A DNA stretch of 64,000 nt from Candidatus Nanohaloarchaea archaeon (lineage in GTDB: Archaea; Nanohalarchaeota; Nanosalinia; Nanosalinales; Nanosalinaceae): positions 1-64,000 of the forward strand of contig JACOQA010000003.1 in NCBI GenBank assembly GCA_014297435.1, in the 5' to 3' direction. The translations under genes and the position numbers were made by a program. The notes beneath the pieces are model-generated. The model ran no database searches, was not told the origin of the DNA, and saw only the letters and a list, made by a program, of their open reading frames with translations. Below are positions 57,315 through 64,000 of this stretch, in pieces; the first letter of the stretch is position 1, and each line of letters begins with the position of its first letter.

Positions 57315-60176
57315 TTATTCGTCTTCGTGCATCATCTGTTCGTGAAGCTTCCGCCCCGACTCCGTATCAAACTCTTTACCACACTCAGGACACACAGTTT
57401 CATCCGCGCCATCTTCTTCACCTTCCTCGTCTTCATTCTCTACAGGATCCTGGTCATCTTCAATCTGTTCTGTTTCTTCCATCTCTTCTTCCTCATTTTC
57501 ATCTTCGTCCTCGAGTTCTGCGATCTCTTCTATCTTCTGATCAACCTCATCGTCTTCAATATCGCTCATCTGTTCTATCGCTTCATCGATCTCATCCTCC
57601 TCTGGTTCAGAACCACTGAGATCAGGTCTCTGAATCTTAGGTCTGCCGCCGCTTCTCGAACCTCTCTGTTCTCTATCGGACCCCGAATCATTCTTTTTCT
57701 TCTTCACAGCTCCCGCAAAAACCATCATCCCAAGCATTACGAGACCGAGAATCAAGTTAGTTGAGGAAACATTCGCCGCTCCTGTTGCTTCACCTATGAT
57801 TCTATTGACTTCGGAAGTCAATCCCTGACCTGTATTATCGTTGCTATCTTCTTCGGATTCATCAGATGAAGCATTCACAGTTCTTGAAGGAACGACCTGT
57901 GTCTGAATCTCCTTCTCTTCCTCAACACTTGTTTCGTCCGAGTTTCCTGATATCTTGACTGTGAAAGAAGGATAGTCCGAACATCCGTTAGTACAGAATC
58001 CGGAAGGTATCTCGATGTTTGCGGTTAATTCTGCTGATTCTCCGGTCGAAAGTTCTGCAATCGATGTCCCGGATAGATCGACGTTATCGTAACCTTCTGT
58101 GGAGAGCTCAATGTTCTCTACTTTTCTCTGTCCGGGATTGCTTATTGTTAAAGTTAGATTGTTTGATTCGCCTTCGTCCACCCTGATTGAATCCATCGAT
58201 TCGATAGATAATGCTCTCTCAACGTAGACATCTACTTTCTTTTCAAACGTCCTTTCGATCGACTGGTAAGGGCTTTTTGATGCCTCTACTTTGATTGAGT
58301 AATTGCCTTTCTCTTCAGGTACCGGTTCGTTGATTGAGAACTTTCCATCTATATCGGTTTCTGTTGAGTATGTTTCGACCGTTCTGCTTCCCTCGACATA
58401 GCTAACGTCTACATTTGCCGAGTTTACGAATTCATCTTTCGCGTTAACTATTCTTCCGCTTACCTCTACTTTCTCTCCTCCGGCTGCCTTGCCGCCGACA
58501 CTACCTGAAATTCTGATACCGTTATTTAGAGATAGTCCAGAATTGGTACCTACAACATAGGCGTTCATCAAAGTCTTTTTCTCCGAACCCCCTACGTCTT
58601 CCGAGACCTCGTGAAGTTCAAGATCTTCGATATTTACTTCGTTGCTGTAGAGGTTGACCGACACCTGATCATCATCCATCTTCGACCAGCCTCCGACACA
58701 GTCTCTTTTCTCGAAGTTCCAGAAACTGCACTCGTATACCTGTGCCTCATCATAGTTCAGCCTTGCAGGATCATACTTCATTGATGCCGAAGCTGATCCG
58801 CCAACATCGTAAGCGAAACTGATAGACATCATATTCACAGGTTTAACCCCGGAAATATCAACTGAGGGGTTTGTCCAGTACTGAAAGCTGATCGGTCTTG
58901 AAGTAACCGAAGTGGAACCATCCGAAAGATCAGCATCACCAATCATGAAGTTTGCGTCGGGACTTGCCTTACCTCTATCGTAGAAGCTCATATTCAGATC
59001 GTACTCTGAATCCGGTTCAACGAATGTCCTGTACTTCCCGTTGCTTCCTGTCGAAACCGAGTAACTTGTATCATCCGTATTCAGAATCATGTCAGTCTGT
59101 ATAACGTTTCCTTTCGAATCCCTGATCGTTCCCGAGAAATCAATCTTTTTATCTACTCTTGTCTCACCTATCTTGAATTTCTTGAAGTCTTCATCTCCAT
59201 ATTCTATGTACGTGCTGAACTCGTAGCTCCCTATTGGCAGTTCATCTGGGAACTGATTCAGTCTTATCTCGTATTCTCCATCCTGAGCAGTGTCATCAAG
59301 CTCAAACCAATGCTTTTCCTCCACCGAGTAATCCTCCTCAGACTCTATATCCTCAATACTTATGACGAAATTTTCTGAACTTATTGAGACCGCTTCATTG
59401 GAATCCTGACTTATGTCCATTCGGTAAGAGAAATCTCTCTTTACCTCACTAAAATCCATATTACCTGGAGGATTTTCGTAGATGTTCGAAATCTGGATTT
59501 TGTGAACTGTAGTGTTCAAATCAATTTTGTGGATTCTCTTTCCCGTGTCCTTATCTGTAATATAGAGGTAGTTTTCTTGTCCGGGCAGGATATATTCGTT
59601 TACCAGAGGATTAAGAATGGCTTTCATCTTAGATCCAGGACTTATAGTTTCAAGATCTTTCTCCTCATCTTCTAAAGATAGCTCTTTTCCTGGTCTTGGA
59701 GAATCGAATTCAAACCCTACATCCTGAGAACTAATTTCCTGTGAATCACTTGATTCTATTTCTAATCCGTCAACAACAATAGGTCTTGTAAATTTTTTCT
59801 TACCGATTTTAGAGCCTACAAAGCCCTCACCATGTCTTTTGGTATCATATTTAACTTCCTTCAATTCAAAAGATCCTTCAGAACTGCTGGCATTAGAGCA
59901 CTTTACCTCGTACTCACCTACGTCTAATCCTTCACTTATTGCATCTGTCGTTAGATTCTTTCCTACCTCTGAATAGCTGGATGCACCCTTAGCTTTGTAC
60001 TCGAGATTTTCTCCACCACATGAACCTACTGCTATTTTTTCAACTGTGCCATTCCAGTAACCGTTTTTCCATACTGTTTCATGTTGGATAGTCAAACCAG
60101 CGGATCCGAGACCTACAAACGTGAAGAAGGCGAGTGCAAGAAGCAAGGTTTTTCTGGATCCGTCTATCAGGTCCAT
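57315..60176 (-). CDS. large cell-surface protein with Ig-like repeats, a TM helix and a cytoplasmic C2H2 zinc finger
   Basis: signal peptide; carboxypeptidase-regulatory-like and CARDB-like repeats; TM + KKKK; acidic linker; CPECGKEFDTESGRKLHEQMMH. Confidence 0.85.
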   Translation of the reverse strand: MDLIDGSRKTLLLALAFFTFVGLGSAGLTIQHETVWKNGYWNGTVEKIAVGSCGGENLEYKAKGASSYSEVGKNLTTDAISEGLDVGEYEVKCSNASSSEGSFELKEVKYDTKRHGEGFVGSKIGKKKFTRPIVVDGLEIESSDSQEISSQDVGFEFDSPRPGKELSLEDEEKDLETISPGSKMKAILNPLVNEYILPGQENYLYITDKDTGKRIHKIDLNTTVHKIQISNIYENPPGNMDFSEVKRDFSYRMDISQDSNEAVSISSENFVISIEDIESEEDYSVEEKHWFELDDTAQDGEYEIRLNQFPDELPIGSYEFSTYIEYGDEDFKKFKIGETRVDKKIDFSGTIRDSKGNVIQTDMILNTDDTSYSVSTGSNGKYRTFVEPDSEYDLNMSFYDRGKASPDANFMIGDADLSDGSTSVTSRPISFQYWTNPSVDISGVKPVNMMSISFAYDVGGSASASMKYDPARLNYDEAQVYECSFWNFEKRDCVGGWSKMDDDQVSVNLYSNEVNIEDLELHEVSEDVGGSEKKTLMNAYVVGTNSGLSLNNGIRISGSVGGKAAGGEKVEVSGRIVNAKDEFVNSANVDVSYVEGSRTVETYSTETDIDGKFSINEPVPEEKGNYSIKVEASKSPYQSIERTFEKKVDVYVERALSIESMDSIRVDEGESNNLTLTISNPGQRKVENIELSTEGYDNVDLSGTSIAELSTGESAELTANIEIPSGFCTNGCSDYPSFTVKISGNSDETSVEEEKEIQTQVVPSRTVNASSDESEEDSNDNTGQGLTSEVNRIIGEATGAANVSSTNLILGLVMLGMMVFAGAVKKKKNDSGSDREQRGSRSGGRPKIQRPDLSGSEPEEDEIDEAIEQMSDIEDDEVDQKIEEIAELEDEDENEEEEMEETEQIEDDQDPVENEDEEGEEDGADETVCPECGKEFDTESGRKLHEQMMHEDE

Positions 60177-60211
60177 CTTTAACCATAAATTCGTTTTAAC
60201 CGTTTAAAACT

Positions 60212-60970
60212 TTACTTTCTAGACCTGAGGACCAGCAGTATTAGAATTAGGTTCAGAAGTACTGAAACCGCTAAACCTATTCCAAGCTGGCTTTTCGTAA
60301 ACCTGTCAAGAACCGTCTCTTTTTTCCAGAGGCTAACTTGGTAGTAATCAGTCTCTCCATCCGAGTAAACTGCGTAGGTCAGGTTGGTTCCTTCTCTAAA
60401 GATCGGTGCTTCATACTCTATCTCTGCAGTTCCATTAACTATTCTTGAAGGACCTGGCTTCCATTTCGCAGGAGAATCAACGGGAACCATGATTCCCTCC
60501 TCTCTGTCCATTTCTAACTTGGCGGAAGTGTTAGTGACTTGTTCAGCTACAACTTTGGTTTCGTTCTCAGGAAGTACTCTTTCGTCTATCTGAACGCTGA
60601 AGTTATCGATATTCTTCTCCTTCCCACAGTACATTATACTTAGATTTCCGTTTATCTCACCGGTATAATTTGTAGGCATCATTCTTAGCTCTAGATCTGT
60701 AGTGGTTCCTGGCCAGAGAGCTTTCTCATTTGAGAAGGATTCCTCCGTCCTATTACTGAAGCTGTAGTAACCTTTCATCCTGTAACTACATCCTAAAGAA
60801 CCTGTATTGGTTACAGTGGTTGAAGCGGAAGGCGGGAAAGAACTGTTTACATTAGTATTGTGTGTGGATACCTCTGTCTTCGTATCAACTGAAACATCAA
60901 AAGTTAGCGCAGATACTCCTCCTAACAGAATTAAAAATGCTGAGGTAATTATCAAGGTCTTCTTTTTCAT
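60212..60970 (-). CDS. secreted protein with C-terminal TM anchor
   Basis: signal peptide, TFDVSVDTK, VTNTGS, several NxS/T sequons, C-terminal TM + RSRK. Confidence 0.8.
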   Translation of the reverse strand: MKKKTLIITSAFLILLGGVSALTFDVSVDTKTEVSTHNTNVNSSFPPSASTTVTNTGSLGCSYRMKGYYSFSNRTEESFSNEKALWPGTTTDLELRMMPTNYTGEINGNLSIMYCGKEKNIDNFSVQIDERVLPENETKVVAEQVTNTSAKLEMDREEGIMVPVDSPAKWKPGPSRIVNGTAEIEYEAPIFREGTNLTYAVYSDGETDYYQVSLWKKETVLDRFTKSQLGIGLAVSVLLNLILILLVLRSRK

Positions 60971-61281
60971 AGATATCTCGCTCCTATTATTCCCAGTATT
61001 ATCTCGACCGGTATTAATAGTGTCGGAAGACTGAAGTTGAGGGTAAGCAGTATAGCTGCGGAAGTTAAAACCAGCGATGAAACGATCATTGGATCTATAT
61101 CATAATTAAGCATCACGACCGCGATGAAAATGATCGAAAGAATCAAAGGATAGAACGGTATCGATATTTCCTGCCATCCGGGAACTGACTTTATCTTAAC
61201 CGCATCGCCTAAGATCGGGAGAGCGTAACCTTGGGACATAAAGAAGATAATAGAAAGTAGTGAAAGGGTTTTCAGCCTCAT
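60967..61281 (-). CDS. small multi-TM protein
   Basis: hydrophobic throughout; ATGA overlap with the next gene. Confidence 0.75.
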   Translation of the reverse strand: MRLKTLSLLSIIFFMSQGYALPILGDAVKIKSVPGWQEISIPFYPLILSIIFIAVVMLNYDIDPMIVSSLVLTSAAILLTLNFSLPTLLIPVEIILGIIGARYL

Positions 61282-61283
61282 CC

Positions 61284-61754
61284 TTACAGACCGATTGAGG
61301 TCTTAAATTTGTGCCAAGCTTCTCCTAGGCTGCCTTCCGGCATTTTTATCTTTAGTCCAAGCTGACCTGTGTAGTTACCTGTTTCTGTTGATTTGTAGTG
61401 AAGCCTTAGCTGTTCTTGACCCTCAAGTTTCATGTTCTTTTTGTACTCAAGACCATCGCTTATGTTGCCGGTAACGTCTACGTTTAGGTACGCCGTGTTT
61501 CCCCCAGTGTCAAGATTAACAAACTTCGTTATGTTTGTTCCTAGCTGAGTTCTACCGAAGTCAAGATTGGGGTCAGCGTTTACTCCAACCGATGTATTTT
61601 CTGATCCAGATTCCACAACATTAATCGACATGTTCATCTGTTTGTTCTGAGTTTCTATCTGGGACTCTGCTGTGATCGCAACTGCCGCAGAAGCTAAAAA
61701 GGTTATAATTAGGAATCCTACGCCGACTTTTTTCCGGTCAATATTGAAATCCAT
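61284..61754 (-). CDS. exported beta-sandwich protein
   Basis: signal/anchor helix; VGVNADPNLDFG; GNYTGQL. Confidence 0.78.
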   Translation of the reverse strand: MDFNIDRKKVGVGFLIITFLASAAVAITAESQIETQNKQMNMSINVVESGSENTSVGVNADPNLDFGRTQLGTNITKFVNLDTGGNTAYLNVDVTGNISDGLEYKKNMKLEGQEQLRLHYKSTETGNYTGQLGLKIKMPEGSLGEAWHKFKTSIGL

Positions 61755-61758
61755 TATA

Positions 61759-62844
61759 CTATACACCGTAATATGTTATTGAGGCTACAGTTGTTATAAG
61801 GACTGCGGCTATTGGCAGAGATACAACTGACTGGATAAACAGCAAAGTAACCCCAAGACTCCCTAAAATACCAAATATCCAGACTGCTCTAAGCTCAAAC
61901 GCGTAGAGCATAGAGGCTAAAGCCGCAAAGACTAGGGCATACATCCAAACAGGCAGACCTGGCTCAGAATTCTCACCCGTCTCTGCCGGATCTTCCACCT
62001 CAACCTTTTCCTGTATGATATCGGTAAAACTAATATCGCCCTCAATATATGCATCAGAGGTCCTATAGTCGGCCATCCCCTCAATTTCATAATTACCTCC
62101 TTCAATATTACCTCTCCAGATACCTGTAATCTCTCCAAACTCGCCCGGCTCCAACTTGACTTCATTAAAGTTTATTACCCCCTCCCTTCGTCCATTTTCA
62201 ACAACTGTGGCGTTCCCTTCCGTGATCGATGTTGTAACAGTACCTGTATTCCTCATCTGTGCGATTACTTGAACTTCATTCTCCCCTATTCTAATCCCTC
62301 TGAGATCAGCAAGTTTCACCTCTCTTTCTGCATTACCGTCCACCCTAAACACAAATCTAGGCACGGTAAGTCCAAGTGTTGAAGTCCCATAACCAGAACC
62401 TGTCGCTCTATCCAGTCGCGGGTTAAGATTGACTGTTCCAACGTGGTAGCCAGGTTCAGCATCATTTGGGATATTGAGACTGAATGTCATCTTGCCCTGC
62501 GCGTTAATTGTACCTCCCGAGTAACTGTACTCCTTGGTAGTGTTGGGGTTTATACTATAATCTTGCTGGAAATCTGCCCACGATTCAAAGTCTTCCTCCG
62601 ATACTTCATCCGGTTCAGTAAACTGTCCCGAAAATATATCCGAGACCATGGGCTTTCCCAAATTTGGTTGTAAATTGAATACGTCATCCACGTCACTCGT
62701 GACAACATAGAATGTAATGTCGAGACTTTGGCCGGGTTCAACATTACCTAAGTCTTTGAAGCCGGGAGCCACCCCAACTGAAACCGATGCTACTGTTGAG
62801 ACCATAAAGACCAATAACAGGATTACTGAAAGCTTTCTTCTCAT
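61759..62844 (-). CDS. two-Ig-domain exported protein with C-terminal TM helices (DUF916/PapD-chaperone-like architecture)
   Basis: VSVGVAPG...VEPGQ, IPNDAEPGYHVG, FRVDG, MRNTGTV, LEPGE; three C-terminal TM segments. Confidence 0.78.
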   Translation of the reverse strand: MRRKLSVILLLVFMVSTVASVSVGVAPGFKDLGNVEPGQSLDITFYVVTSDVDDVFNLQPNLGKPMVSDIFSGQFTEPDEVSEEDFESWADFQQDYSINPNTTKEYSYSGGTINAQGKMTFSLNIPNDAEPGYHVGTVNLNPRLDRATGSGYGTSTLGLTVPRFVFRVDGNAEREVKLADLRGIRIGENEVQVIAQMRNTGTVTTSITEGNATVVENGRREGVINFNEVKLEPGEFGEITGIWRGNIEGGNYEIEGMADYRTSDAYIEGDISFTDIIQEKVEVEDPAETGENSEPGLPVWMYALVFAALASMLYAFELRAVWIFGILGSLGVTLLFIQSVVSLPIAAVLITTVASITYYGV

Positions 62845-62901
62845 CACTGTCCAAAAATAAGAATCACCCAATTAAATAGGTTTGATCTAGTTTCCAGCAA
62901 T

Positions 62902-63170
62902 TTGACGTCAACCCTTGTCATCCCCACCAACCTTTTTATACAAGCCCCGGGAATTCAGCTCTAGGGGAGTTTTAGCATGGGGAGAAAAACTCAAAGTGGT
63001 TGAAACATGTCAAGAAGCAAAGTAAATCGAAGAGAACTCTTCCCAGTATACAGTACCCCTAGATATTTCTCTTTTCATCCAGCTGAAGGGTTAGCTGATC
63101 AGTGTGAACCCGATTCTAGACCCTATAGGGCTGGACTCAAAACCCCCAAAAACAAAATAGAGGTGATTAA
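62902..63170 (+). promoter_or_regulatory. promoter and about 210-nt structured 5' leader of the secreted major-subunit gene
   Basis: TTGACGTCAA palindrome 62902-62911, TTTTATA 62934-62940, several stems, GAGGTGA SD before ATG 63171. Confidence 0.55.
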
Positions 63171-64000
63171 ATGAACAAGAAAGTGCTTACAGCACTAGCA
63201 GTTCTTTCACTCGTAGCCATGTCTGGCTCCGCAGCTGCACAGGGAAACGAGTCATCAACAGTTGATGTTTCAGTTTCCAGCAAAGTAGCAGTTGACGTCA
63301 AGCCAGCAAGCCTAACCTACTCAGACATAGGCGTAGGAACCCAGTCAACCGCTTCAGACAGAAATTTCAAAGCTGTAGAAGTAGAGAACATCGGATCTGA
63401 GTACGTTGACAGAGTATGGGTAAACTCGACAAGTCCTAGCGATTCTCCTTTCGGATCCGGATCAGCAAGTCAGTACGATGCAGGTAACTTCCTACAGGTC
63501 AAACCTGCAAACTACTCAACTAAGTTGAGCGGAGACGATAAGGACTTCCACTACGTTAACAGGAAGGAATTTATCGCAAACGAAGATAACAACGCACAAG
63601 TACCTTCCTACATTCAGACAGACGGACAGTGGACGCTAGCAGGATCCGCAAGTACAACAGATCCAACAAACGTTTGGGTCGGCAGAATGAGGATGGGAGA
63701 CAGTAACTACTTCTTCGCAATCGGATCGGCATCCAGTAGTTGTGATACAGACAACACAGGAACACCGGTTATGAGAATTGCGAACACTCCTCAGGACGAT
63801 GACCAGATTGGTACAGTCGACTTCTCCAACAGTGGAGATGACTGGACACAGTACAACATTACGTCATCGACCACCGATTACGGTCTGACTGGTTCAGGTC
63901 CTACCGACATCAACGGAGTTAATCTATCACTTGGCACAGGAGCCAGTGAAGTCAACAGGACTTACGACGTCTTGACAGACTGTGATGACAGCAACCCACA
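63171..64000 (+). CDS. secreted glycoprotein, candidate major filament or S-layer subunit; 3'-partial, absent from ORF track
   Basis: frame open to the window end: MNKKVLTALAVLSLVAMSGSAAA|QGNESSTVDVSVSSKVAVDVKPASLTYS...VEVENIGS...; six NxS/T sequons; strong SD; TAC/AAC/GAC-rich codons suggest high expression. Confidence 0.9.
   Translation, partial: MNKKVLTALAVLSLVAMSGSAAAQGNESSTVDVSVSSKVAVDVKPASLTYSDIGVGTQSTASDRNFKAVEVENIGSEYVDRVWVNSTSPSDSPFGSGSASQYDAGNFLQVKPANYSTKLSGDDKDFHYVNRKEFIANEDNNAQVPSYIQTDGQWTLAGSASTTDPTNVWVGRMRMGDSNYFFAIGSASSSCDTDNTGTPVMRIANTPQDDDQIGTVDFSNSGDDWTQYNITSSTTDYGLTGSGPTDINGVNLSLGTGASEVNRTYDVLTDCDDSNP

Noticed and set aside
138-63765. Numerous short antisense or alternate-frame ORFs in the track (e.g. 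138..500, 540..1055, 29661..30107, 45723..46166, 63571..63765)
   Set aside because: They are shadows of well-supported genes; their Ser/Phe/Leu-rich composition is what antisense of acidic codons produces

Overview
Archaeal chromosome segment, about 45% GC by eye, with a strongly acidic (halophilic) proteome, short intergenic spacers, an unlinked 5S rRNA and class-III pilins. This is most consistent with a Nanohaloarchaeota (DPANN) genome (inference). Housekeeping content: ileS, cysS, thiI, a TtuA/Ncs6 tRNA thiolase, an RsmB/NOP2 methyltransferase, udg, csp, htpX, Hef helicase-nuclease, PEP synthase, MinD, five tRNAs (Thr-TGT, Pro-TGG, Ser-CGA, Tyr-GTA, Cys-GCA), 5S rRNA and SRP RNA. Accessory blocks lie at tRNA 3' ends (1-4.1 kb; 8.1-14.8 kb) and include decayed genes and an orphan DNA-hypermodification-type (aGPT-Pplase1-like) gene. 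Best candidates for novelty: (1) a divergent cell-surface locus at 57.3-64 kb that looks like a donor-strand-type, non-type-IV filament system, with a major subunit missing from the ORF track and a long structured leader; (2) an SRP RNA with no canonical helix 6 and a UGAC helix-8 loop; (3) a PEP synthase fused to a DUF2582-like winged helix; (4) unannotated Cys-rich micro-proteins. No CRISPR array, integrase or transposase was recognised. All family assignments come from motif recognition by eye; no database searches were run.
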